A stretch of DNA of 64,000 bases from an uncultured Candidatus Saccharibacteria bacterium (GTDB taxonomy: Bacteria; Patescibacteriota; WWE3; UBA101185; UBA10185). This document shows, piece after piece, positions 8,924-18,799 of this stretch. The notes under the pieces were generated by a model. It ran no database searches and was not told the origin of the DNA. It saw nothing but the letters and a program-made list of their open reading frames with translations. The position numbers and the translations under genes were made by a program. The stretch's first letter is position 1. Each line of letters opens with the position of its first letter. Location: NCBI GenBank assembly GCA_964434935.1, contig CAYSWS010000002.1, positions 8,320 to 72,319 on the forward strand, given 5' to 3'.

Positions 8924-9337
8924 ATGAAAATGTTTTTAGGCGAGTACAATCCGAGTGTCACGGAGGGCAGCAGAGTCGCTCTTCCCAAGAAGATGAGAGA
9001 CCAAATTGCCGGAGATTCTGTTGTCTTGACGCGAGGATTCGAAAAGTGTGTTTATGTTTATGACAAAGCCGATTGGCAGGAGGAAGCCCAGAAGTACATT
9101 GAAAATTCCAAAGTCGACGAACGCGCAAAGATCAGAGATTTAGAAAGATATGTGTTCAGCTCAGCCGCTGAAACATCTATCGACAGTCAAGGCAGAATTG
9201 TCATCCCCGCGAACCTTCTGGAATACGCCCGTATAAACGATGAAACATCAGTGGTGGGTGTGGGTAACAGAATAGAACTGTGGGATAAGAACACTTGGAG
9301 TGAATATCTGGAACGTATTTCTGCCGAACTATCATGA
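8924..9337 (+). CDS. mraZ: Transcriptional regulator MraZ
   Basis: MFLGEYNPSVTEGSRVALPKKMRDQI...; tandem MraZ repeats; first gene of the dcw cluster. The start could be the third codon at 8930. Confidence 0.9.
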   Translation: MKMFLGEYNPSVTEGSRVALPKKMRDQIAGDSVVLTRGFEKCVYVYDKADWQEEAQKYIENSKVDERAKIRDLERYVFSSAAETSIDSQGRIVIPANLLEYARINDETSVVGVGNRIELWDKNTWSEYLERISAELS

Positions 9338-10239
9338 ACCATTCGTACCATACGCCGGTAATGCTTAATGAAGCCCTTGAATTTTTAAAACCTTTGCCAG
9401 GCCTTAGCTTCATTGATTGCACCCTGGGAGATGGCGGGCACGCTATAGAACTCCTTAAAGCCGGAAGTAAAGTATTAGGTATGGATGTAAATGCTAAATC
9501 GTTGGAAAAAGCCTCTACAAAGATAAAAAATGAAGGCTTGAGTGGTAGATTTGTGGCCGTACAAGCCAATTTTAAAGATCTGGAGAACATAGCCAATAAT
9601 GCCGGTTTTAATGAGGTAAATGGTGTGCTTTTTGATCTGGGATATAGTTCGACACAACTTGAGGATGAGAGTCTTGGTCTCAGCTTTTTACAAGATGGGC
9701 TTTTGGATATGAGATTGGATAGTTCTCTAAGCGTTACTGCCGCGGACCTATTAAATACACTTAGTGAAAAACAGCTCACATTTATCATTGGAGAATACGG
9801 CGGCGAAAGACTGGCAAAAAGATTTGCTAAAAAAATAATTGAATTTCGTGAATTGAAGAAGTTTCAGACTTCCAAACAACTGGCACAAGTTTTGGAAAAT
9901 GCAGCTCCTTCAGGGTACGAAAAGGGCAGGATACATCCTGCCACCAGAACTTTTCAGGCTCTGAGAATTGCCGTTAATGATGAAATTGACAATTTGAGAA
10001 AAGCACTGCCTCAGGCTGCACGCCTTCTACTGCCTGGTGGTCGAATGGTAGCTATTAGTTTCCATTCGCTAGAAGATAGAGTGGTCAAACAGTTTGGCCG
10101 CCACGGCGTGCAGCCTAGAATGGTGGAGTTGACCAAGAAACCGTTAACTCCGTCACCTGAGGAAGTGCAAAAGAATGTCAGGGCACGCAGTGCCAAAATG
10201 CGTATTTATGAAAGATCGACAGACGAAAACAATATGTAA
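9334..10239 (+). CDS. rsmH: 16S rRNA (cytosine1402-N4)-methyltransferase RsmH (MraW)
   Basis: HTPVMLNEALEFL...FIDCTLGDGGHA SAM-binding motif. It overlaps the mraZ stop by 4 nt. Confidence 0.9.
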   Translation: MNHSYHTPVMLNEALEFLKPLPGLSFIDCTLGDGGHAIELLKAGSKVLGMDVNAKSLEKASTKIKNEGLSGRFVAVQANFKDLENIANNAGFNEVNGVLFDLGYSSTQLEDESLGLSFLQDGLLDMRLDSSLSVTAADLLNTLSEKQLTFIIGEYGGERLAKRFAKKIIEFRELKKFQTSKQLAQVLENAAPSGYEKGRIHPATRTFQALRIAVNDEIDNLRKALPQAARLLLPGGRMVAISFHSLEDRVVKQFGRHGVQPRMVELTKKPLTPSPEEVQKNVRARSAKMRIYERSTDENNM

Positions 10240-10516
10240 AAAAATAAGTGTCTTCACCTTTGGAATTTTTGTTATCAGCTTGTTATCACAGATGTATATC
10301 TCGAACACCACAGCCCTCAAGGGTAAGGCTTTTCAGCACTTAAACGATGAAAAAGCCAGGTTGGACAAAGAATTAGCCTTATTAAAATACGAAGACTCTA
10401 AACTTTCCTCATTGGAATACGTAGAGGAAAAAGCTCTGCAAATGGGATTTGTAAATATGACGGAACCCCTTCTTTCCATATCGTCGCCAGCTTTAGCCTC
10501 ATTGAGCACACAATAA
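10175..10516 (+). CDS. ftsL: FtsL-like cell division protein (small bitopic membrane protein with coiled coil)
   Basis: Position between rsmH and ftsI. A short cytoplasmic tail is followed by a TM helix (VFTFGIFVISLLSQMYI) and a coiled-coil region (ARLDKELALLKYEDSKL). An alternative start exists at 10208 (MKDRQTK). Confidence 0.6.
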   Translation: MSGHAVPKCVFMKDRQTKTICKKISVFTFGIFVISLLSQMYISNTTALKGKAFQHLNDEKARLDKELALLKYEDSKLSSLEYVEEKALQMGFVNMTEPLLSISSPALASLSTQ

Positions 10517-10536
10517 CTATATAATGAACCTACACT

Positions 10537-12351
10537 ATGACAGCCAGAAAAAAGGTTAAAATACGAAACCTGCGCATTAGCTTTATCTCTATAACATACG
10601 GTTTAGCTATCCTGGTGTTTATAGTACGCCTCTTTTCCATACAGGTCCTTAAACACGGTCAATATACAGCTCTGGCGCAAAATCAATACTGGAACTTGTC
10701 CGTCATACCGGCAAAAAGAGGGGACATTGTCAGCTCTGACGGATTTGTACTGGCTGGAACGCAAACACACTATTTGATGTACCTGGAACCTAAAAAAGTA
10801 ACGGATGCGCAGAAAGTAGCCCAAGCACTAGCGGAAGAACTAACTAATGTGCGTATGCAGGAACAATCTGTTAATGAACCGGAGAGCGAACCTCTGGACC
10901 CGGAGTTTCGTCAAGCGTATATTTTCCAGGATTACTATGATCGTATTTTCGATGATCTGAACTCGGATCTTTACTGGGTAATAGTCGAGCATGATCTGAC
11001 TCCTTTGGACAAAGAACATATAGAATCCCTAAACATCGAAGGGGTAGGTTTTGAGGAAGAACCGGTCAGATATTATCCTGAGGGCAGCTTGGCCTCGCAT
11101 ATACTGGGGTTTGTAGCTTTTAACGAACAGGGTGAGAAGCAGGGGTATTTTGGCATAGAAGGCTCGTTGAACGGTGACCTGAAAGGTAAGCCGGGTAGAA
11201 TATTGGAGGAAAGAGATGCTTTGGGAAAACCTATACTTATAGGCGGCTACAAAAAGGCAGACCCCATCAAAGGCAGAGATATTTACCTCACCATAAATCG
11301 TACCGTTCAGTACGTTGTGGAAAAAAAACTTAAAGAAGGGGTGGAAAAATACGACGCCAGGTCAGGTAGTATTATCGTCATGGACCCGTACACCGACGAA
11401 GTGCTGGCTATGGCAAACTATCCCACTTACAGTCCTGATGTCTTTGATTACGATGAGGAAGATGAGGACGCTCATAGAAAGTTGGAGGAAAGGAAGAATC
11501 TAGCTATATCACAAACTTATGAGCCTGGTTCGGTCATGAAGCCCTTTACCATTTCAGCGGCTGTTGAATTGGGTTTGGTTAATCCCCAGACCACTTTTAA
11601 TGACAAAGGACCGGTTCAGTACTCGGATTATGTAATTGATAACTGGGATGGCAAGCACCATGGTATACAAACCATAGAACAGTTACTGGAGAAATCTAAC
11701 AACATCGGTGCGGCTTGGGTAGGACATCAAGTAGGATCACAGAACTTGACCAGATTTTTAACTGAATTCGGGTTTGGAAATAAAACAGAGATCGAATTAG
11801 AAGGTGAGGATACGGGAAACATAAGAGACTATAATACTTGGACAGATATTGACCTGGCCACCATCTCATTTGGGCAAGGAATTTCAGCCACTCCCTTACA
11901 GGTTCTGAACGGCTTTAATACTATTGCTAACGGAGGTTTCCTTCTTCAGCCTAAGATAATATCCAAGATCGTTGATGAGGATAAAGAAATTGTTATGCCT
12001 TCGAAACAAGTGGATAGAGTGATCTCCAAAGAAACATCCAATACCATGACCAATATGCTCATCAAAGCCACGGAAAGCGGTGAAGCTAAATATTTTGTCA
12101 TGAAGAACTATAAAATAGCCGGCAAAACAGGTACCGCGCAAATTCCTGAAGAAGGTAAGTACAACGCTGAGAAAACCAACGCAACTTTTGTAGGATATTT
12201 GGCCAATAGTAAAAGATTTTCCATGATAGTTAAACTTGAAGAACCCAGGGCCAGCATTTATGCTGCTGAAACAGCCGTCCCTCTCTGGATGGATACGGCC
12301 GATGAGCTGATAAAATATTTTGGCATACCAGCCGACCTTCCCACTGAGTAA
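10537..12351 (+). CDS. ftsI: Peptidoglycan D,D-transpeptidase (class B PBP, FtsI/PBP2-like)
   Basis: N-terminal TM helix, PBP dimerisation region, and a transpeptidase domain with the SxxK-type core (SVMKPFT), SxN and KTG(T) motifs (YKIAGKTGTAQ). Confidence 0.88.
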   Translation: MTARKKVKIRNLRISFISITYGLAILVFIVRLFSIQVLKHGQYTALAQNQYWNLSVIPAKRGDIVSSDGFVLAGTQTHYLMYLEPKKVTDAQKVAQALAEELTNVRMQEQSVNEPESEPLDPEFRQAYIFQDYYDRIFDDLNSDLYWVIVEHDLTPLDKEHIESLNIEGVGFEEEPVRYYPEGSLASHILGFVAFNEQGEKQGYFGIEGSLNGDLKGKPGRILEERDALGKPILIGGYKKADPIKGRDIYLTINRTVQYVVEKKLKEGVEKYDARSGSIIVMDPYTDEVLAMANYPTYSPDVFDYDEEDEDAHRKLEERKNLAISQTYEPGSVMKPFTISAAVELGLVNPQTTFNDKGPVQYSDYVIDNWDGKHHGIQTIEQLLEKSNNIGAAWVGHQVGSQNLTRFLTEFGFGNKTEIELEGEDTGNIRDYNTWTDIDLATISFGQGISATPLQVLNGFNTIANGGFLLQPKIISKIVDEDKEIVMPSKQVDRVISKETSNTMTNMLIKATESGEAKYFVMKNYKIAGKTGTAQIPEEGKYNAEKTNATFVGYLANSKRFSMIVKLEEPRASIYAAETAVPLWMDTADELIKYFGIPADLPTE

Positions 12352-12412
12352 ATTCTCTTCCCGCGAGAAATTTGCATTATTTTCTTCTTGTGACAATAGG
12401 TAAATTAAAAAT

Positions 12413-12766
12413 GTGGAAAAAAAAGCTAAAGGATCGGTTGGAGAAAAACTGGCCGCGCTTTATCTGCAAAGGAAAGGTTACAAGATCGTGGATACAAATT
12501 GGTATTGCCGTTGGGGAGAGATAGATATCATTGCTCTGGATCAAGAACACTTGGTGTTTGTGGAGGTCAAGTTCAGATGCACTTATAATTTTGGCGCAGC
12601 CAGCAGTGCTGTGCATGAGCACAAGTTAAGATCATTAAAAAGAAGTATTTGGCGTTATCTATATTTATACGACAAGTTCGACCGTCCCTGTCGTCTTGAT
12701 GTTATCAGCATACAGGGTGAAAATGGACGTTACCACTTAGAGCATTATAGATCTGTGGATTTTTAA
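12413..12766 (+). CDS. yraN: YraN family (UPF0102) putative endonuclease
   Basis: GEKLAALYLQRKGYKIVDTNWYCRWGEIDIIALDQEHLVFVEVKFR is the canonical UPF0102 PD-(D/E)xK-like core. Confidence 0.8.
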   Translation: MEKKAKGSVGEKLAALYLQRKGYKIVDTNWYCRWGEIDIIALDQEHLVFVEVKFRCTYNFGAASSAVHEHKLRSLKRSIWRYLYLYDKFDRPCRLDVISIQGENGRYHLEHYRSVDF

Positions 12767-13755
12767 CGATCTACCGGTGCGTCACTCTGGAGCTTGTTCA
12801 GGATATCAGTTTTAAAGGTTTGGTAATTACCGTCCAGCGGCACTACCGTCCAGGCACCTCCGTAATCTTCTGCCGGGGGTGAATAAAGGTATTCATAGTC
12901 GAGATATAAAGAACTAAATGTATATTTATCCTTGTCTTTGTAAAAATCCCAGAGATATTTGGTATCCGCTAGCTCAAGATTGGTGCTCATTCTGCCCTGG
13001 GTCACGGTTTTGAAAGCATTTTCCACTACCATGGGATTAAAAAGGCTGCTAGGCTGCATGATCGCCCTCAGCATACCGATCAAGATCTTGTGCTGCCTTC
13101 TCATGCGTGCCCAGTCGCTGCCTTCGCCGTTATCTCCCTTTCTTGACCGGGCAAAGACAAGGGCATCCTGGCCTGAAAGCTGTTCTTCGCCCTGGGTGAA
13201 AGTGACTGTTTGTATGTCCAAGGTCTCATCGACCGGGTAATTAGGGTCAGTAAAAGTTCTATCCACAGTGACCGGAACTCCGCCCATGGCATCTACAATC
13301 CAGGAAAAGTCTTCAAAATCGGTCAAAATGTATCTCTGGGGCTCAAGACCGGTAATTTCGGTCACGGCTCTTTTCATAGCCTCCCAGCCGGAATTTACGA
13401 ACAAACCGTTTATTTTACTTCCCTCATACCACAAGTCTCTGGGAATTGATGCCAGGACCACGTTGTTCTTTAAAGGATTAATAGACACCAGGATCATGAC
13501 GTCGCTTCTAAAACCATATTCCAGTTTGCTTCTCCTATCTATGCCCAAAAGTAGAATATTGATGGGATTGCCCAGCGGATAAAGTTCCTCGAGCCTTTGC
13601 GGCTGCTCTTTTTCTTTGGCCATCCTCGAAAAAGGACTTATAGTCACGCTGGTATCAGCACCAGCGGATCTTGGTTCCTTATTAGCTTGATGGGCCACAT
13701 AGCCCAAAACACCAAGAGAAATTACTAAAGTAATAGCTAATACTCGTTTCCACAT
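12763..13755 (-). CDS. LytR-CpsA-Psr (LCP) family cell-envelope phosphotransferase
   Basis: N-terminal TM helix then the LCP core NILLLGIDRR...RSDVMILVSINP. 330 aa. Confidence 0.85.
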   Translation of the reverse strand: MWKRVLAITLVISLGVLGYVAHQANKEPRSAGADTSVTISPFSRMAKEKEQPQRLEELYPLGNPINILLLGIDRRSKLEYGFRSDVMILVSINPLKNNVVLASIPRDLWYEGSKINGLFVNSGWEAMKRAVTEITGLEPQRYILTDFEDFSWIVDAMGGVPVTVDRTFTDPNYPVDETLDIQTVTFTQGEEQLSGQDALVFARSRKGDNGEGSDWARMRRQHKILIGMLRAIMQPSSLFNPMVVENAFKTVTQGRMSTNLELADTKYLWDFYKDKDKYTFSSLYLDYEYLYSPPAEDYGGAWTVVPLDGNYQTFKTDILNKLQSDAPVDR

Positions 13756-13836
13756 AAGAATAAGGATAGTTTAAATACCTTTTTTTCTCAACAACATAGT
13801 CTTGATGATTGATGCGACTTTGTATATGATTAGTCT

Positions 13837-14238
13837 ATGCCCAAAAAGATAGTCGTGGTCGAAGACGATCAAGCCTTTTACAATTTGTGTGCCACCGAAC
13901 TCAAGCTCAAGGGCTATGATGTGGTGCATGTGGCCGACGGTAACATGGCGGTATCGCGTATTAGGGAAGAGCTGCCGGACCTCATACTGCTCGATATCAT
14001 TCTCCCGGGAATAAATGGCCTGGATATCCTAAAAGAACTCAAAGAAGCTGAAGAGACAGCAGAAATTGCTGTCATTATGCTTACTAATTTTGGTACGGAT
14101 GAGAATATTTCCAAAGCCGTAGAGCTAGGAGCCGACGATTACCTCATGAAATATAACCTGGTACCCTCAGAACTGCCTGAAAAACTTGCTTCCTATCTGG
14201 GTGAAGACTCAGAAGCAGGTGTTTCTCTGACTGGTTAA
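13837..14238 (+). CDS. Stand-alone response regulator receiver domain (CheY-like, no output domain)
   Basis: VVVEDDQ...DLILLDIILPGINGLDILKELK includes the conserved phospho-acceptor Asp region. The 133 aa are the REC domain only. Confidence 0.85.
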   Translation: MPKKIVVVEDDQAFYNLCATELKLKGYDVVHVADGNMAVSRIREELPDLILLDIILPGINGLDILKELKEAEETAEIAVIMLTNFGTDENISKAVELGADDYLMKYNLVPSELPEKLASYLGEDSEAGVSLTG

Positions 14239-14240
14239 AT

Positions 14241-15104
14241 ATGATAGACCCTACACTAAGCCTATTTTTAGTCATCGCTATGAGCGTTTTAACCCTGATG
14301 TTCTTTTTGCTGTTGTTCCTGTTCTTGAAAAAAGACCAAGACCTCTTGCAGCTTAAAGCAAAATATGAGCACCTACTGAAAATGGAATCTGAGCACTTCA
14401 AGCAAAGCAAGCAAAGAGATGATTACGTGGCTATGATGGTGCATGAGTTACGCTCTCCGCTATCTGTTATCAAAGGTTCGGCGGATCTGGTGGTGCGGGA
14501 AGAGAAGAATTTACAAGAAGATCAAAAATATACTTTATTAGGGCAGATCAAGGAGTCAGCTAATGATCTGCTGGAAGTGGTCAATGACATCCTGGATGTT
14601 TCCAAGATAGAATCAGGCCGATTTGAGATCAAGAAGAAGAAAGGCAATATTAACAAAGTCTTACAGGAAGAGGCGGAGTACTATATGGCGTTAGCCAGAG
14701 ATAGAGAGATCGGTGTGCAAACGGAGCTCTCTAACGAGATCCCTGAATTTGAATTTGATGAGGACAGGATCAAGCATGTCATGAACAATTTATTATCGAA
14801 CGCTTTAAAATTCACTGAGGCTGGGGGAAAGGTAGTGATCCAGTCTAATTCCATTGATAAATACCATGTTGAAGTTATTGTGTCCGATACGGGCAGCGGC
14901 GTTCCGGATGATATGAAAGGCAAATTATTTAATAAATTTGTGCAAATGGAAAATAGGAAAGAAGTTAAGGAGAAGGGAACCGGCCTGGGATTAGTAATAG
15001 CTAAAGGAATTGTTGAGGCACACGGCGGCAGCATTTGGGTGGAGGATAATCAACCGGTGGGAGCTAAGTTCATATTCACTATACCTGTGTCCGATCCCGT
15101 ATAG
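14241..15104 (+). CDS. Sensor histidine kinase (single TM, HisKA + HATPase_c, no extracytoplasmic sensor domain)
   Basis: H-box MVHELRSPLSVIKGSADL; N, G1 and G2 boxes (NLLSNALKFT, DTGSGV, GTGLGL). It starts 3 nt after the response regulator stop. Confidence 0.85.
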   Translation: MIDPTLSLFLVIAMSVLTLMFFLLLFLFLKKDQDLLQLKAKYEHLLKMESEHFKQSKQRDDYVAMMVHELRSPLSVIKGSADLVVREEKNLQEDQKYTLLGQIKESANDLLEVVNDILDVSKIESGRFEIKKKKGNINKVLQEEAEYYMALARDREIGVQTELSNEIPEFEFDEDRIKHVMNNLLSNALKFTEAGGKVVIQSNSIDKYHVEVIVSDTGSGVPDDMKGKLFNKFVQMENRKEVKEKGTGLGLVIAKGIVEAHGGSIWVEDNQPVGAKFIFTIPVSDPV

Positions 15105-15106
15105 TC

Positions 15107-16492
15107 ATGGAAATTCCAAAAAATATATTCAGAAATTATGATATCAGAGGTACGTATCCAGAAGAGATAAACTACCAGAATTCAAAGCTTATAGGCAGAG
15201 TGCTGGGCACTCATATTTGGAAAAAAGGTTTTAATAATGTGGTTGTGGCCAGAGACGACAGAGAAAGCTCGCCCGAGATCTCTAAGGCTTTGATCGAAGG
15301 TTTGATCAGCACGGGATGTAATGTAACGGATATAGGCATCTCTTTAACACCGGTCATACATTTTCTTACTTGTACACAGAATTTTGATCTGGGAGTGGTG
15401 GTAACAGCCAGCCACAATCCCAAGCAGTTCAATGGTTTCAGGATAGATTACAAACACGCCAAATCCATGTATGGGGACCTTATACTTATGCTGAGGTTCA
15501 TGATCGAAAGGGAGGAGTTCTTGAGCGGAGAAGGCTCAGCGGAAGTAAAAGATCTTTCGCCTTATTATATAGACTATTTATCGGATAAATTCAATTTCAA
15601 GTCGTCTTTGAGAGTGGTCATTGATTGTGGTTGCGGAGCGGCCAGTGAGATAGCGCCCAAGATCTATCAGAACATTGGTTGCAGCGTCATCCCGGTGAAC
15701 TGCAATTATGATAGTAACTTTCCGCACGGTGTGCCCGACCCCGAGAACACTCTTTTTATGGATGAGATAAAAGAAAATGTCCTTAAACATAAGGCCGATG
15801 TTGGTTTTGGCTATGACACTGACGGGGATAGGTTTGGTGTGGTAGATGAAAAAGGTAATATTTACGACACGGACATGATCTTGCTTCTCTTCGCTGAGTA
15901 TGTGCTCAAGGAAAATCCCGGCAGGATAGTGTGCTACGACGTAAAATGTTCCTCGGCTGTGGACGACTATATTAGAAAGATGGGAGGTGTGCCTAAGATC
16001 ATGCGCACCGGACATCCCTATTTTGCCGAAGAAGTGCAAACCGAGGCAGTACTGGGAGCGGAGTTTTCAGGTCACGTGTATTTTTCCGACGACTATTTTG
16101 GCTATGACGATGGTGTATATGCTTCCTGCAGGGTATTAAAGATCATGCAGGAAAGCGGTAAAAGTTTATCTGAGCTTATGGCTAAGTACCCTAAGAAAGC
16201 CTCCACGCATGAGATAAAGGTCAGTTGCCCGGATGAAGAAAAGTTCAAAGTCGTGAACGGCATAAAAATATATCTCATGAACGAAGTTTCGTACCGAAAA
16301 ATGATAGATATTGATGGGGTGAGGGCCAACATTACGGATACCGGCTGGTTTTTGATCCGCGCTTCAAATACGTCGCCTTATTTAAGTATCAGGGTGGAGG
16401 GTAAGGACGAGGAGGAAAAGGAAAAAATATTGGAAATTGTGAGAAGCGCTTTAAAAAGTGTTAGTATTGTACAGTTGGAAATAAATTTTTAA
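15107..16492 (+). CDS. Phosphoglucomutase/phosphomannomutase family (alpha-D-phosphohexomutase)
   Basis: Active-site serine loop VTASHNPKQFNGFRI and the metal-binding DTDGDR motif. Confidence 0.85.
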   Translation: MEIPKNIFRNYDIRGTYPEEINYQNSKLIGRVLGTHIWKKGFNNVVVARDDRESSPEISKALIEGLISTGCNVTDIGISLTPVIHFLTCTQNFDLGVVVTASHNPKQFNGFRIDYKHAKSMYGDLILMLRFMIEREEFLSGEGSAEVKDLSPYYIDYLSDKFNFKSSLRVVIDCGCGAASEIAPKIYQNIGCSVIPVNCNYDSNFPHGVPDPENTLFMDEIKENVLKHKADVGFGYDTDGDRFGVVDEKGNIYDTDMILLLFAEYVLKENPGRIVCYDVKCSSAVDDYIRKMGGVPKIMRTGHPYFAEEVQTEAVLGAEFSGHVYFSDDYFGYDDGVYASCRVLKIMQESGKSLSELMAKYPKKASTHEIKVSCPDEEKFKVVNGIKIYLMNEVSYRKMIDIDGVRANITDTGWFLIRASNTSPYLSIRVEGKDEEEKEKILEIVRSALKSVSIVQLEINF

Positions 16493-16522
16493 AATATAAT
16501 ATAAAGTTAGGATATTTTTCTT

Positions 16523-18790
16523 ATGAACAAAAAAACTGCCCCCATATTGAGATTTAATGAGGTTCGAAAGACTGACATACCATTGGTGGGAGGAAAAGGT
16601 GCCAATTTAGGAGAAATGGTTCACGCCGGCATCCCCGTGCCTGATGGTTTCATCGTTACAGCTAAGGCTTATTACGATTTTCTCAAGCTCACATCGTTAA
16701 AACAGAAGATCTTGACCGAACTTTCGGGTTTGGATGTAGATGACTCTAAAAAGCTGCAGCAAGCCTCAGAAAGAGTGAAGACCGCTATTTTAAGAGCTAA
16801 GATGCCTGACGAATTGGCGGAAAAGATCAAGAAATCCTATCACGAGCTGTGCGGTAGCCACGATAAACTGGTAGCCGTCAGGTCCTCAGCTACGGCCGAG
16901 GATCTTCCCGATGCCTCATTTGCCGGACAGCAGGAGACTTACTTGAATATTAAGGGTTGGGAACAAGTTGTTAAGAATACTCAGAAATGCTGGGCTTCGC
17001 TTTTTACTTCCAGAGCTATTTTTTATCGTACGGAAAAGGGGTTTAGCCACTTTAAGATAGGCATCGCCGTACCGGTGCAGCTCATGGTGCAGTCTGAGGT
17101 TTCGGGGATCATGTTCACGGTCAATCCCCTGACCAATAATCCCAAAGAAGTGTCCATAGAGGCAGGTTTTGGCCTTGGCCAGCCCATAGTTTCCGGTGAG
17201 ATCACGCCTGACCAGTATATCGTGAGGAAAAAGACCAAAGAAGTGTTATCCAAGGAGATCATGAAACAGACCTGGCAGTACACCATAGAAAAGAAAGTAC
17301 CCATTTCTAAAGCTCACCAGAAAAAGCAGAAGTTAAGTGATAAAAAGATTGTTGAGTTGGCTGAGATAGGCATGAAGATCGAGGAGCACTACGGACATCC
17401 CCAGGACATTGAATGGGGTATGGAGAATAACAAACTTTATATTGTGCAGTCCAGACCGGTGACCACGTTGGATTCTCTGACCAAGCAGGAAACCGTTACT
17501 ACCAAGATGGACGCTTCCAAAAAAGGCAAGAAGTTATTGGAAGGTTTAGGCGCTTCACCGGGGGCTGCTTCAGGACCGGTGCGTATAATTGGCAATCCCA
17601 ACGAGATCAACAAGGTTAAAGAGGGCGATGTTCTGGTGGCCGTTATGACCAACCCCGATTATGTGCCGGCCATGAGAAGAGCCGCCGCCATTGTGACCGA
17701 TGAAGGAGGTAGGACCAGCCATGCGGCTATTGTCTCCAGAGAGTTGGGAGTGCCGGCGGTGGTCGGTTCCGGACAAGCCACTAAAATGCTAAAAGACGGT
17801 GAGATCATCACAGTTGATGGTTCTGAAGGCTTTGTTTATGCCGGGGATCTTACCAAAGAGGTCGAGCTGGAAAAAGTCGATACCTCAAAAATGAAAACTG
17901 CCACCAAGATCTATCTTAATCTAGGCGAACCCCAGCTGGCGGTGGAGATGGCACAAAGGAACGTTGACGGTATAGGGTTACTGCGGGCAGAGTTCATGAT
18001 CGCTAACATTGGCAAGCACCCCAGGTTGTTCATCAAGGAGAAAAAGCAGAAAGAGTTCATCGAACAATTGGCTGAAGACTTGGAAACATTTGCCTCAGCC
18101 TTTGATCCCAGGCCGGTGGTCTACAGATTTACCGATTTCAGGACCAACGAGTACCGCGGCCTTAAAGGCGGCGAGGAGTTTGAGGATGTGGAAGCTAATC
18201 CTATGATAGGTTACAGAGGTGTGAGCCGCTACATAGAAGATGCAGATGTCTTTAAGCTTGAGGTTGAGGCTATTAAGATCGTGCGCAATAAGAAAGGCTA
18301 TAAAAATCTGCACGTCATGTTCCCCTTTGTACGAACTGTTGAGCAGCTGCAGGAAGTTAAAACAATTATGGCCTCATACGGTCTAAGACGAAGTGGTTCC
18401 TTCAAAGTCTGGATGATGGTGGAGGTTCCCTCCAACGTCATTTTACTGGACGACTTCATAGATGTGGGTATTGATGGTGTTTCCGTAGGTACGAATGACC
18501 TGACCATGCTCACTTTGGGGGTGGACAGGGATAATGAGCGCGTGGCCAACGTCTACAGCGAAATGAACCAAGCCATACTTAATAGCTTGGAGAAGATCAT
18601 TACCACAGCCAGAAAGAGAGGCATAACCTCATCCATTTGCGGACAAGCACCCTCGGTCTATCCTGAGCTGGTGAAGATGTTAGTGGACTGGGGCATGACC
18701 TCGGTTTCGGTAAGCCCGGACGTTATAGAAAAGACCAGAGCCATTGTCTATGAAATGGAAAAGAAAGTATTGAGCAAGCCCAAGAAATAG
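16523..18790 (+). CDS. ppsA: Phosphoenolpyruvate synthase (pyruvate, water dikinase)
   Basis: N-terminal ATP-grasp (PLVGGKGANLGEM), central phosphohistidine domain GGRTSHAAIVSRELGVPAVVG, and a C-terminal PEP-utilising TIM-barrel. 755 aa. Confidence 0.85.
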   Translation: MNKKTAPILRFNEVRKTDIPLVGGKGANLGEMVHAGIPVPDGFIVTAKAYYDFLKLTSLKQKILTELSGLDVDDSKKLQQASERVKTAILRAKMPDELAEKIKKSYHELCGSHDKLVAVRSSATAEDLPDASFAGQQETYLNIKGWEQVVKNTQKCWASLFTSRAIFYRTEKGFSHFKIGIAVPVQLMVQSEVSGIMFTVNPLTNNPKEVSIEAGFGLGQPIVSGEITPDQYIVRKKTKEVLSKEIMKQTWQYTIEKKVPISKAHQKKQKLSDKKIVELAEIGMKIEEHYGHPQDIEWGMENNKLYIVQSRPVTTLDSLTKQETVTTKMDASKKGKKLLEGLGASPGAASGPVRIIGNPNEINKVKEGDVLVAVMTNPDYVPAMRRAAAIVTDEGGRTSHAAIVSRELGVPAVVGSGQATKMLKDGEIITVDGSEGFVYAGDLTKEVELEKVDTSKMKTATKIYLNLGEPQLAVEMAQRNVDGIGLLRAEFMIANIGKHPRLFIKEKKQKEFIEQLAEDLETFASAFDPRPVVYRFTDFRTNEYRGLKGGEEFEDVEANPMIGYRGVSRYIEDADVFKLEVEAIKIVRNKKGYKNLHVMFPFVRTVEQLQEVKTIMASYGLRRSGSFKVWMMVEVPSNVILLDDFIDVGIDGVSVGTNDLTMLTLGVDRDNERVANVYSEMNQAILNSLEKIITTARKRGITSSICGQAPSVYPELVKMLVDWGMTSVSVSPDVIEKTRAIVYEMEKKVLSKPKK

Positions 18791-18799
18791 CACTGCCTT

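Noticed and set aside
9201-9788. 195-aa antisense ORF spanning mraZ/rsmH
   Set aside because: It crosses two well-supported plus-strand genes including their 4-nt overlap, which is implausible for a real gene.
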